Both the position numbers and the translations under genes were made by a program. A stretch of DNA of 64,000 nt from assembly GCA_038889075.1 (NCBI GenBank), contig JAWAHS010000003.1, forward strand, positions 137,919 through 201,918. The letters are read 5' to 3'. The notes under the pieces are model-generated. The model was not told where the DNA came from and did not search any database. It was given only the letters and a program-made list of their open reading frames with translations. Source of the DNA: Ignisphaera sp. (GTDB lineage Archaea; Thermoproteota; Thermoprotei_A; Sulfolobales; Ignisphaeraceae). Below, one piece after another: positions 9,909-20,216 of this stretch (position 1 is the first letter of the stretch; each line of letters begins with the position of its first letter).

Positions 9909-11885
9909 GTGTTCAAAATGCTAGACTATAAGGTACTTCGCATAGACGTTGGTACAGGAAACTGGAGTAGTGAATCATACAAAGTATCTGAAGTATTGGG
10001 ACCTATAGATGCTGGAGTCGTTATACATGAGAAATTGCAGTCGTGGAATAAGGATATATTTGACCCCTCTAATGCGGTAGTTATAGGCTCAGGTATTTTC
10101 GCAGGTAGTAAGCTATTTGGTAGCCATAGACTAGTAGCAGTTTTCAGAAGTCCTGAAACTAAAGGATTGCATGTATCTGCTATGGGAGGAGCTGCCTATA
10201 GATTCATCGGTTGTGGAGTCCATGCTATATCAATTGAAGGTCGGGGCAAAAAACCAGCAATAATTATTGTTAAAGGTAGTGATCAGGGGGTAGAAAACGT
10301 AGAAATAAGGTATTTGGATTACGAAGAACTGGAAAAGATATACAATGGTTATAAGGGTAAGATAGGTGCATACGCATTAATAGAATACATATTGGATAAC
10401 TATCGAGATATTATATCAACCTTGAAAGCTAGACCCATAGTTGTTGGACCTGCATCTTGGAAAAGCATCTACGGTGCACTTATTTCCATAGACATAAACT
10501 TTAACAAGATGAGTATAGTTGAAGGTAGTGAAGATTTTGCAGCGAGAGGCGGCGGTGGCTCTGTCCTTGCACAGGCTCACAATGTTGTTGCAATCATTGC
10601 TGGGGGAAGCTATAAGCCACAACTACCTACATCATTTACAGATGCAACAAAATTGTACAGTTCTCTAGCTACATTACTTGGAAAGGATTATGCTTCATCT
10701 GTAAATGAGGCTACCATAAAATATCGGTTTGATCCAAAAATTGGCGTTGGTGGTACATTTGGTGTAAACTACCCACACTATAGGGAATTGCTACCTCTAT
10801 TTAATTATAATAGCATCTATATATCAAGACTGATTAGAAGAAAGATTGTAGATATACTGTTAGAGAATTTCTGGAAACCATTCAAGAATGAGGTATCCAA
10901 TCCAAAAACCTGGACAACATGCGGTGAACCATGTCCAGCAGCATGCAAGAAGATATGGCTTGGTAAGAAGGCGGATTATGAACCATTCAACGGACTAGGC
11001 CCCATGATAGGTGTAATGAAAATAGAGCTTGCTGCAAAACTCGTTGATTTGGCTGACCAATTAGGTTACGATGCGATAGCAATAGGACATGTAGTTGCAT
11101 GGCTTCTTGAAGCCGTATACCGAGGTCTCCTCACGCCTGAGGAAATAGGATTAGATCGTAAGCCCACCTTAGATCCTATGCTTATGAATGTAGAAGAATG
11201 GGCTAAGAATGCAGAATTAGCTGAGAAAATATTGCAGAATCTAGTATATGGATCATCAAACGTCCTAAAAGTTGTGGCATCAAAAGGTGTACGTGCTGCT
11301 TCTAAATATTTAGATGAAATGTATGCTGAAAGAATTAAGAAGATCGGTATGAGATTCGAAGATCTAATAGTATATCAGCCGTATGGAGATTCCGGATATA
11401 TGACTCCAAACTATTACTGGACTCCTGGATTACTATTACCTATCCCCATAACAGGAAAATATTGGACTAACTATACATCAACCTTTACAGAACCTGAAGA
11501 ATTTGCTAAAACAGTTGTAATCAGAATCATAAAAGAATATTCCATTGAAAACGCTGGAATGTGTAGATTCCATAGAGGATGGGCTGAAAAAATCTTGAAT
11601 AAACTATATGAATTACTAGGTATAAACGTTGATATCGATCACCACTCAAAAGAAATGTACAGAAGAATTGCATTGTATAATATCAAAGCTGGTGCCAAAC
11701 CAAAATTGCTAGAAAGTGCGAGGGCAAAGGATGTTATAGTAACATTAGCTTATGAATTCAATGTAACTGAATGGAATAAGAGGTTCCTAGAGAAATACGA
11801 TGAAACGCTGAAAGAGTGGATAAATAGAGTTGCAAAGGTAATAGTGGAACAGCTCAACTTGCCATCAGATTGGCTCGAAGAATAA
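9909..11885 (+). CDS. gor: Glyceraldehyde-3-phosphate:ferredoxin oxidoreductase (GAPOR; AOR-family tungsto-/molybdoenzyme)
   Basis: GSHRLV..FRSP, SEDFAARGGGGSVL, WTTCGEPCP.ACKK, CRFHRGW match GAPOR subfamily. Confidence 0.88.
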   Translation: MFKMLDYKVLRIDVGTGNWSSESYKVSEVLGPIDAGVVIHEKLQSWNKDIFDPSNAVVIGSGIFAGSKLFGSHRLVAVFRSPETKGLHVSAMGGAAYRFIGCGVHAISIEGRGKKPAIIIVKGSDQGVENVEIRYLDYEELEKIYNGYKGKIGAYALIEYILDNYRDIISTLKARPIVVGPASWKSIYGALISIDINFNKMSIVEGSEDFAARGGGGSVLAQAHNVVAIIAGGSYKPQLPTSFTDATKLYSSLATLLGKDYASSVNEATIKYRFDPKIGVGGTFGVNYPHYRELLPLFNYNSIYISRLIRRKIVDILLENFWKPFKNEVSNPKTWTTCGEPCPAACKKIWLGKKADYEPFNGLGPMIGVMKIELAAKLVDLADQLGYDAIAIGHVVAWLLEAVYRGLLTPEEIGLDRKPTLDPMLMNVEEWAKNAELAEKILQNLVYGSSNVLKVVASKGVRAASKYLDEMYAERIKKIGMRFEDLIVYQPYGDSGYMTPNYYWTPGLLLPIPITGKYWTNYTSTFTEPEEFAKTVVIRIIKEYSIENAGMCRFHRGWAEKILNKLYELLGINVDIDHHSKEMYRRIALYNIKAGAKPKLLESARAKDVIVTLAYEFNVTEWNKRFLEKYDETLKEWINRVAKVIVEQLNLPSDWLEE

Positions 11886-12324
11886 TTTTGTAATTCGTAA
11901 CGATACTTATCTATATAACTAATCGTAGCTGTAACCCCCATTCATTTTTACCACAATGATTAGTTTGCTTCATAATATTATAAGTTCTGATTGAATCATT
12001 CAAATCAAAATTAACTACATAAAGTACCTATACACTCAAAACATTACCTAGTACATCATTTAAGCAACGTTCTAATTTTGCAAGCTTACCGAACTATGTG
12101 TTCTTCTATTATCTACATCGTTCTCGGTTATGTAAGTAAATATTGTAATCATGTAACAATAAATTGCCAGGAGTTGAGACTCTCACCATTAAGATTGATT
12201 ATCAATAGAATAGAGGTATTTAAAGGTGTCGAAAAGTATGATCAACACATATTAATATTTTGAGTAATAGCATTCATATTGCTGATTATGTTATACACTC
12301 TAATTTTACCAAGTATTATAAATG

Positions 12325-13632
12325 CTATAATAGATCTGCTACCGAGGAAACGATATCCGTACCTTTGAAATATTTTATTATATGTTTATACATATTCCGT
12401 TCAATTTGTAGATCTCCAAATTCATCGAATTCTAGAGATGATAAAATAAAGCGTATAGTGAGTGGTTGTATCAAAAATACTTTCAATGCATAGTGTCTTA
12501 TCATTAACTCTTTTAGTACTTTCTTTACATTCTCAATGTCTAAATCATCGATGATGTCCATAAAAATTATCACGAGACACGATTCTGAACAGATTTTATT
12601 AGTAAGTTCATTTACGAACCAGTGTAGTATCCTATTTGCACTAGAATAACTTTTTCTGTCGACGGTTAACGGCCATGTAATCGACGATAGAACCTCATAG
12701 ATGTGCTTTAAATTATATTTTGTTACTTTATTTGAAATTATAACTTCTCTTTCAGTTGCAATACCTATGCCGAGATTCAGTCCGCTATTAGCAATTCTAG
12801 TTAAAAGATTTAGTACAATTCGTAGCAAATAGGTTATAGTAGGTGGTTCACCGGAGAAGAATCCATCATGAATTGATGCGATAAATAGTACATCCTTACA
12901 TAGATGTTTCTCAAATTCTTTAACCATAAGTTTTAAGGTTCGCGCGGTAGCCTTCCAATCTATTCTTCTATAATCATCTCCTGGTAGATACTCGCGTATC
13001 CCAAGTATATTCACCCCTATTCCTTTACGTTTGGAGAGATGGGCTTCGTAGCTAATATAAGGTATATCACTTTCTATATCCAATTCTATATGAGTCGGTC
13101 TAGGAATTATGTGAATTGGCAATGGTTTCGTCAAGATAATTTCAATCCTATAATTGATATAGGCAAAAGGATCTGAGAGAAATATCGCAAACCCTTTAAT
13201 CTGATGCTTTCCACAATAACCTTGTATCAGAATTTTTATTAAGAATACCTCCTTATTCTTCTTAGAATCGGCTTTCAAAATCCTTATACCTGAATCAGAA
13301 ATTGTTATAAGCTTTTTCATCTTCAATAATCTAAATAATCCATGCTCAAAACTTATCACAATACTAACCTGCTCGTCCTCTATAATGTTTAGAGAAGTGC
13401 AGTCTATAATGATGTCTCCAACATCGTTAACATTTTTCAAGATCATATATATGGATATTGGCAAGGCCACCATTCCTAGCATTACTATTGTAAATAAGGT
13501 AGTAATGCTAATATACAGTACTGTAGATATAATTGAAAATAGCGTAACTGTGAATGTTATTGGATAGAATCCTAAACCTCTATCACTATATATATTCATT
13601 CTGTAACTCTTGTTGGTTAATATCATTCTCAT
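12325..13632 (-). CDS. DUF58 (vWA-like) membrane-anchored protein
   Basis: IREYLPGDDYRRIDWKATAR...MVKEFE; follows MoxR. Confidence 0.9.
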   Translation of the reverse strand: MRMILTNKSYRMNIYSDRGLGFYPITFTVTLFSIISTVLYISITTLFTIVMLGMVALPISIYMILKNVNDVGDIIIDCTSLNIIEDEQVSIVISFEHGLFRLLKMKKLITISDSGIRILKADSKKNKEVFLIKILIQGYCGKHQIKGFAIFLSDPFAYINYRIEIILTKPLPIHIIPRPTHIELDIESDIPYISYEAHLSKRKGIGVNILGIREYLPGDDYRRIDWKATARTLKLMVKEFEKHLCKDVLFIASIHDGFFSGEPPTITYLLRIVLNLLTRIANSGLNLGIGIATEREVIISNKVTKYNLKHIYEVLSSITWPLTVDRKSYSSANRILHWFVNELTNKICSESCLVIIFMDIIDDLDIENVKKVLKELMIRHYALKVFLIQPLTIRFILSSLEFDEFGDLQIERNMYKHIIKYFKGTDIVSSVADLL

Positions 13633-13651
13633 ACTTCATCTTCCATGCCTT

Positions 13652-14602
13652 TTAAGGCTTAGGTATTTCTATGTGTGAAATTATTTCATTGACAACCCTT
13701 GCACCACTATAACCTTCTGCTAAGTATTCAGGCTTTAAGAATATCCTATGGGAAAGCGCTGGAATAGCGGCCATCTTAACGTCATCTGGTATAACATACC
13801 TCCGATCTTCAGATAACGCAAATTCCTTCGATAATGTGAGTAGCATTAGTGCTCCCCTGGGTGAAGCGCCCAGTCTAACAGCAGGGTGTTTATGGCTATA
13901 CTCTACTATTCTAGAAATATATTTTAGAATATCGTCATCTACATAAACATTGTCTATCTCCTCAGAAGCTTTGAAGATCTCATCTACTGTAACTACAGGT
14001 CTAAGCATCTCATATTCTCTTTCCAAAAGCTTATAGCTCTTCCTTAATAGCCGGATTAAGGAATCTCCATCAAGTGTGTTCATATATATCTTTATATAAA
14101 ACCTGTCTAATTGAGCCTCAGGCAATGGAAATGTTCCTTCCAATTCTATAGGATTTTGTGTGGCTAGTACTGAGAAGGGTTTAGGTAACCGTATTGTTTC
14201 GCCCTCAATTGTTATCTGCTTCTCCTGCATGGCTTCAAGTAAAGCAGCTTGAGCTCTAGGTGTTGCTCTATTAATTTCATCAACAAGGATGATGTTCGCA
14301 TATATAGGTCCTATTCTAACTTCAAACTCACCTGACTTTTGATTATATATTTTTGTACCTACCACATCAGAGGGTAGCAAATCTAAAGTACACTGTATCC
14401 TAGAAAATTTGAGATTCAATAACTTAGCTATAACCTTAGCTGTTAATGTTTTTGCTATACCTGGAACTCCCTCAATTAGTGCATGGCCGTCAGCTACCAC
14501 TGTAAATAATATCAGCTTTACATGCTCCTCCCTATTCACTAAAACCCTTGTAGATTCCTCAACAACTCTTGACAATATCCTATAAAATACTGTCATAATC
14601 AT
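13652..14602 (-). CDS. MoxR family AAA+ ATPase
   Basis: GVPGIAKT, RIQCT.DLLPSD, DEINRA, ATQNPIELEGTFPLPEAQLDRF. Confidence 0.95.
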   Translation of the reverse strand: MIMTVFYRILSRVVEESTRVLVNREEHVKLILFTVVADGHALIEGVPGIAKTLTAKVIAKLLNLKFSRIQCTLDLLPSDVVGTKIYNQKSGEFEVRIGPIYANIILVDEINRATPRAQAALLEAMQEKQITIEGETIRLPKPFSVLATQNPIELEGTFPLPEAQLDRFYIKIYMNTLDGDSLIRLLRKSYKLLEREYEMLRPVVTVDEIFKASEEIDNVYVDDDILKYISRIVEYSHKHPAVRLGASPRGALMLLTLSKEFALSEDRRYVIPDDVKMAAIPALSHRIFLKPEYLAEGYSGARVVNEIISHIEIPKP

Positions 14603-14961
14603 TCACACAAAAGTACACTATGTTTATAGAGGTAATAGCCTTATAATCATTCGATCCATGATGTGCCAACTTTGTGTATGATCACGTTTGTATGTATAAA
14701 GGCCGCTAATTTATGCCAATTTAATTAGTCAATTAAATTTATTCTCTGACTATTTAACTTGTAATAGCTACAGCAACGTTTAAAACATTCATAACCTTCT
14801 TCAAGTTCAGCTTGCCTTTAAAGCTCAAGGTACTTAAATTCAAAGCCTCAATATACAACCTATTACGTATATCAAATCTTTAATTATTAGCTAGATTTAA
14901 AATCTTGTTTAAATGTCTGTATATAACGAGGACTAGTAAGATAATCTCATGGGTACCTAGT

Positions 14962-16785
14962 TTGAAAATTAAATTAATGCTAGCCATATTGATTCTAGTT
15001 ACTATGAACCTTAACGTAATTTCTTCTGTTAGTACCCTAAAAATCGAAAGGCATTCAAAACTTCTTGGAGACCTGGTATACACCGAGATCTATTCCTATG
15101 AATCGTTCATCAAATGGCTTAACGAAACCGGACTCCTATATATAAATATCATAGAGAATCCATTGGAAGATGGTCTATCATTAATAGATAGAGAAAAGGC
15201 CCATAGCGTACTTGATAGAATATTTAATGATGGCAAAATTGCGATGTTTGTAGGAGGGATACATTTGAGAATGTTAAAAAAATATGCCGGATTAGAACCT
15301 ATTATCAATGAATCGGATATCGCAAACCTAATTACGGCTATAATAAGGGGTAGTAATATAACATTAAATAAGGCTCGCTGTGATAACGTTTTAATCAAAT
15401 TCATTGTCTATACAATCTACACTTCCAGTAGCAACGAAGCTACAGCCCCTATGTGTAAATGGGATATTGGAGACCTAGAGCTCTATGCTAAATATATTCT
15501 AGATCTAGGTTTAGAGAGTCCCAATTTAAATGTAAATGAAAGAATCGTAAGTATCATTAAATATCTATACATTCTTAGAATTGCAGCAGGAAGTGGTAGT
15601 ATAGATAGACGGCTACTAAGTAGTATAATAGAAGAGATCTCCATAAAATACTCACTTGTGACAGCTTTATTTATGAATACGTTTATACATGGTTATAATT
15701 TGAAAATTACGGACCGTAAGCCAGTGGATAGAGTATTTGAGACTGTTACTCCAACTACTTTTTCTACCATTATAAATACTGTAAACAGTGATCATACAGA
15801 TCTAGCAGAACTATTAGCAAAGGCTTTACTAATTATTAAAAAACTTAAAGAGGAAGGCATTAATATTGAAAACTTGGATATATTTAGTTTAATAGATACT
15901 TTAATGAGTATCAATATAAAGGAATATTCTATTATTATAGAGAATGTAGATAGCATAATAGATGCTACTAGTAAAAATGCTACGTACGAATCGCACATCC
16001 AGGTACATGATACATCATATATTCAGTCTAATGAAATTTACATTGATAACCAAGTGTATTACACAGAAACATTTTGGTATAATTATGCAAGTGATGCAAT
16101 GTTAACGCAATACGGTGAGTTCGGAGAACCCTTGATAAATATAGACAAAGTATTAAATATAAATGAGCCTTCTATTATAAGTAGCCAATCTTTAACGGAG
16201 TTGCTTAAAAAAGATTTCATAAAAGAGGTAATTGAATATTCTAATAAGCCTAGCCTTGAAATATTGAACACAAAAATTATATATACCTCCCCCATTGTAG
16301 CTCGACAATCTCTCTCCAACATAACAGTCTTGAGTAGAGAATTACATACATTGCTATTTATCATTGTATTAATAGTCATAGGGTCAATACTTTCAACAAT
16401 ATTGATCAATGTAAAAATAAAATCCTTTTTTGGACAATTAATTCGCATACCAAGAGATTCTTCTAGAAGTAAGGTAATGAATATAAAATCTGATAGTATT
16501 AAAGTAAGAATATTTGCAGAGTTCTGGAACACTATGTGCAGATTTGCAAAAGAGTTCAATCTAAAAATTGAAGATTCGTATACTCATAGAGAGATCAAAC
16601 AGAAACTTATTGGCGTAATTGGTGTAAATAGAATAAGAGTACTATTAGAACGTATAACGTACCTTTACGAAGTGCTAAGGTACGGCAACATAGAGAACGA
16701 TGAATTATTAGAGGAATTGGCAAAAAATCTATCTACTATAGAGAACTTTCCATTGATTGCGGAAGATCAATCTGATAGAAATTGA
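14962..16785 (+). CDS. Secreted/membrane-anchored protein with DUF4129-like C-terminus
   Basis: Signal-like N-terminus from TTG 14962, one TM helix, C-terminal THREI...ITYLYEVLRYG. Confidence 0.7.
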   Translation: MKIKLMLAILILVTMNLNVISSVSTLKIERHSKLLGDLVYTEIYSYESFIKWLNETGLLYINIIENPLEDGLSLIDREKAHSVLDRIFNDGKIAMFVGGIHLRMLKKYAGLEPIINESDIANLITAIIRGSNITLNKARCDNVLIKFIVYTIYTSSSNEATAPMCKWDIGDLELYAKYILDLGLESPNLNVNERIVSIIKYLYILRIAAGSGSIDRRLLSSIIEEISIKYSLVTALFMNTFIHGYNLKITDRKPVDRVFETVTPTTFSTIINTVNSDHTDLAELLAKALLIIKKLKEEGINIENLDIFSLIDTLMSINIKEYSIIIENVDSIIDATSKNATYESHIQVHDTSYIQSNEIYIDNQVYYTETFWYNYASDAMLTQYGEFGEPLINIDKVLNINEPSIISSQSLTELLKKDFIKEVIEYSNKPSLEILNTKIIYTSPIVARQSLSNITVLSRELHTLLFIIVLIVIGSILSTILINVKIKSFFGQLIRIPRDSSRSKVMNIKSDSIKVRIFAEFWNTMCRFAKEFNLKIEDSYTHREIKQKLIGVIGVNRIRVLLERITYLYEVLRYGNIENDELLEELAKNLSTIENFPLIAEDQSDRN

Positions 16786-17306
16786 ATAGATGGGTGCTAA
16801 CAATGATATACAAACCGTTACTCTATACAGTCCTAGCCTCGCTTTTGTTTTCATCTATTATAATAATACTGGATCGAAATCCAGTTGAATTGATTATTCT
16901 ATATATAGTTTGGTTTATAGTAATGTATATGCTATTTTATATTTGGTTTAGTATCAAATTAGATATTCCATCAAGCTTGTCGATCGTGAAACTCCCTATA
17001 ATAAAAATTGGGTTCAATAATGATTTCTATATGAAGGCCGTGGAATTCTCCATATGGAGTATATTATCCAATGTTATAATGGAGATTTTTAGTGTTCCTC
17101 TATGGCAATATCTACTATTGTTGATGCTACTTTTTATTATATATAAAGTAGCATCAAAGACGCCAATAAAAAGAATACACAGATATACCGCATTACTAAG
17201 CCTGTTCATGATTTTATATCTCTTTGGATACCTTAGCACCTATTCCTTTAGTAGATTAAATGATTACTTTGAATTCATAGAGGGTCTTGCACATGGAGTT
17301 GAATGA
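16782..17306 (+). CDS. Hypothetical membrane protein
   Basis: Hydrophobic 174-aa ORF, 4-nt overlap with upstream gene. Confidence 0.7.
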   Translation: MNRWVLTMIYKPLLYTVLASLLFSSIIIILDRNPVELIILYIVWFIVMYMLFYIWFSIKLDIPSSLSIVKLPIIKIGFNNDFYMKAVEFSIWSILSNVIMEIFSVPLWQYLLLLMLLFIIYKVASKTPIKRIHRYTALLSLFMILYLFGYLSTYSFSRLNDYFEFIEGLAHGVE

Positions 17307-17463
17307 GAGAATCTTTAACATACTGATAATAGTTACGATAATTTTATTCATTAGCTCAGTTGTATTAGCTACGCTACAGAGATACGTAGCTGCGGTGTTT
17401 GCAATACTCTCAGGTCTTGTACTAATATCGTTTGTAAGTGAGATACGAAGTGAAGGAAAATGA
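17293..17463 (+). CDS. Small two-TM protein (56 aa) absent from the ORF track
   Basis: MELNERIFNILIIVTIILFISSVVLATLQRYVAAVFAILSGLVLISFVSEIRSEGK*; fills the gap and overlaps next gene by ATGA. Confidence 0.7.
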   Translation: MELNERIFNILIIVTIILFISSVVLATLQRYVAAVFAILSGLVLISFVSEIRSEGK

Positions 17464-18647
17464 AATTAAAGACCTTCATATTATTAATAATCATTGTTAT
17501 AATCTTCTTTCAAGCTCTTGAAAAAGAGTGCCGTGGTCTAACATATACAGGTGCGTCTCCTTATAATAGCAACTGGGATGGTACAGCATTGCTACTAAAA
17601 GTCTATCGTGAATCGTATGGAAATGTTGTAATTATTGATAACTGGCTTTCCCTATACCTAGGAAGACATAATAAGGATTCCTGTAATATTCTGCTAATAG
17701 TCTCTCCAGAAAAGAGGTACTCACTTCTAGAAAAGTTTATCATATATAAACTTGTATATGAGGAGGGTTATAGTATCGTCATCTTTGACGAGGGACCCTA
17801 CTCAAGCGAATTATTATCGTATTTAAACGTACCTGTATTTATTAGAGGCTACAATTATATTAAGAGTGTCAGTGGTTCACCAATAGTCCAAGGTAAAGTA
17901 TTATTAAACAATACGACAATTTCACTACTTTTTGCATATGTTTCACCAATAACTATTTATGATGAAAATACATGTAAGGCGATAGCGTTTATCAAGGATA
18001 CCGTTGTCGGTGCCACATGTAATATAGGTGGTAAGAGATTCTTGGTAATGGGCGATGGTTCAATTGTAACCAATTCTGTACTCATATACGAATCCGTTTT
18101 GAATCCCTATGTTATCCTCTCAAAATATGTTGTACTATCTATATGTAATGCTAGCAATGATATCACTATATATATAGATTCTACAAAATATAGAATGAGA
18201 TTAGCTACGATAGAGGAATTAATGGAACTGGGCTACGGTCCGGAAACTATTCTCAGTATATTACTAAATCCATCGAGATACATTTCTGTTCTATTATTAT
18301 ATATTGATGAATACTCCCCCGGCACTTTTATTCTATATTTTATAGTACTTGCTTTTGTTCTAATTACTATACTAGCTAACAGAATATTATTTGGGGATAA
18401 AAGTAGGCTGTATAGTCAATCAAAGTTATTAGAAGGCAATACATATAGAAGTATGAATAGAAAGAATGTGGATGATATAATTAGGATTGCATGCAATATT
18501 ATAAAGGAATTCAAAGAAGATAGAAAGTACAAAATTAAATGTAAATGCAAATTTAAGGGATTTAGAAAGGATGCATGTCTAAAGGAGTTTAAAAGCTTGA
18601 TTGATAATGATAAAGAATTGAGGAAACGCATACTGTACGCTATGTAA
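17460..18647 (+). CDS. DUF4350 family membrane-anchored protein
   Basis: SPYNSNWDGT, IVSPEKRYS, GDGSIVTN motifs; MoxR neighbourhood. Confidence 0.75.
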   Translation: MKLKTFILLIIIVIIFFQALEKECRGLTYTGASPYNSNWDGTALLLKVYRESYGNVVIIDNWLSLYLGRHNKDSCNILLIVSPEKRYSLLEKFIIYKLVYEEGYSIVIFDEGPYSSELLSYLNVPVFIRGYNYIKSVSGSPIVQGKVLLNNTTISLLFAYVSPITIYDENTCKAIAFIKDTVVGATCNIGGKRFLVMGDGSIVTNSVLIYESVLNPYVILSKYVVLSICNASNDITIYIDSTKYRMRLATIEELMELGYGPETILSILLNPSRYISVLLLYIDEYSPGTFILYFIVLAFVLITILANRILFGDKSRLYSQSKLLEGNTYRSMNRKNVDDIIRIACNIIKEFKEDRKYKIKCKCKFKGFRKDACLKEFKSLIDNDKELRKRILYAM

Positions 18648-18731
18648 AAATACTACAATTACCACTTTAGCCAACTACCAAAATATTTATTAATATCTTA
18701 TCTGTACAAGGATATTACCTAGGGAATAGAG

Positions 18732-19151
18732 ATGGCGTTCAGAAATGAAAAAGCCGAGCCCTTGCCAAGTAAGCTGAGAAGAGGTATCTGGATAGAAGGC
18801 GATACAATGTACGTAGCAGGTGAAGAATTCATAGAAAAAGTTGCAAGTGCGTTGGCATCCATAACTCGCCTAAGAATTCTTGGACTAGCATTTAAAGAAG
18901 ATATGGGTATCGAAGATCTCGCCTCCAGATTAAGCCAGAGTAAAGCCAACATAAGTACACATGTAAAACGTCTCGAAGAGGCTAACATAGTCAGACCAGT
19001 TTATTTACCTGGTCAACGTGGCGTAAAGAAGATAACCAAGCCTACAATTAAAGAAATAAGGATACTCCTATCAGCATTAGCTGAAGAAGTCGAGGAGCGT
19101 ATGAAGGAGGCTCCTTTACCTCCAGAGGAGGTGGCTGAAAATGATATTTAA
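18732..19151 (+). CDS. ArsR-type winged-HTH transcription regulator
   Basis: ALASITRLRIL...LASRLSQSKANISTHVKRLEEANIV. Confidence 0.85.
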   Translation: MAFRNEKAEPLPSKLRRGIWIEGDTMYVAGEEFIEKVASALASITRLRILGLAFKEDMGIEDLASRLSQSKANISTHVKRLEEANIVRPVYLPGQRGVKKITKPTIKEIRILLSALAEEVEERMKEAPLPPEEVAENDI

Positions 19152-19247
19152 ATTAATAAATCATATTTTACGTTCACCATTATAAAAGCATAATGCTTTA
19201 TTAGCTATTTACATATCGTTCATCAAGACAGTGTATACTATCCATGG

Positions 19248-19433
19248 TTACTGACATTTATAATCAGATGGTAACAATGCTCTAAATTTCTGTCCTGTCT
19301 TTGAATTCATAAAAAGACCTATCTTGATGTATTTTCCTAAATGATTCCTTATTATATATACCTTCTCAGGTGCTTGGGTAACAATAGTATGCTGTATGGG
19401 ATCCTTTAAACTTACAGTATTCTTACATACCAT
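19248..19433 (-). CDS. Cren7-like chromatin protein (divergent)
   Basis: PEKV...IKIGLF....TG.KFRA.LP.DY pattern of Cren7. Confidence 0.8.
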   Translation of the reverse strand: MVCKNTVSLKDPIQHTIVTQAPEKVYIIRNHLGKYIKIGLFMNSKTGQKFRALLPSDYKCQ

Positions 19434-19599
19434 GAGTTTCTTCACCTAGCCGTGTTTAGATTTTGTTGTAAATAGATTCTATATAACCCTTATCAATCCT
19501 CGTAGAGTTAGGGTAAATAAACTTTAGCGTTACATTTATTATTGCAATTGCCGTAAATAGTTTTTGAGCAGAACTTCATGCTTATAATTTCACAAGGAG

Positions 19600-20178
19600 A
19601 TGGTCATGAGTATGCGAGCATTTATAGCAGTTGAAATAGAGGATAAAGATACGTTAATAAACATTATAAGGATTAGAGATGCGTTAGTGAATCTGGGGCT
19701 AGATATAAAACCTGTTGAAGACGAGAATCTCCATATTACCATGAGATTTCTAGGAGAGATTTCTAGCCATACAATAGAAGGAATCAAAAAGATACTGTCG
19801 TCCATCCCTTCAATTATAAAAAGCTTTTCAATAACAGTAAAGGGTATAGGTGCGTTTCCCAGTATATCGAGACCTAGAGTAATATGGGTGGGTATAGTAG
19901 ACGGTGCAGATAAATTGACACTAATAAGGAACTATATCGACAGAGAGATAGCTAGAATGAAGCTGAACGAAGTACACAGAGACCAGCATGATTTTTCACC
20001 ACATATAACATTAGCACGCATAAAGAGTTTTAAAAATATTGAAAAATTCAAAGAATTCTATAACGGATATCAGGATTACTTATTTGGAACATCGCCGGTA
20101 TCGCTAATCAAACTTAAACAGAGTATACTAACACCTCAAGGTCCAATATATAAAGACATATATTACATAAGAATATAG
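19600..20178 (+). CDS. thpR: RNA 2',3'-cyclic phosphodiesterase (2H family)
   Basis: MRAFIAV, two HxT motifs (LHITMRF, PHITLAR). Confidence 0.93.
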   Translation: MVMSMRAFIAVEIEDKDTLINIIRIRDALVNLGLDIKPVEDENLHITMRFLGEISSHTIEGIKKILSSIPSIIKSFSITVKGIGAFPSISRPRVIWVGIVDGADKLTLIRNYIDREIARMKLNEVHRDQHDFSPHITLARIKSFKNIEKFKEFYNGYQDYLFGTSPVSLIKLKQSILTPQGPIYKDIYYIRI

Positions 20179-20216
20179 CATAAAATTGATAGGTATACCT
20201 TTAACAAAGGTTAAAT

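Noticed and set aside
11940-12320. Long spacer with short ORFs, possible decayed gene
   Set aside because: No recognisable motif in any frame
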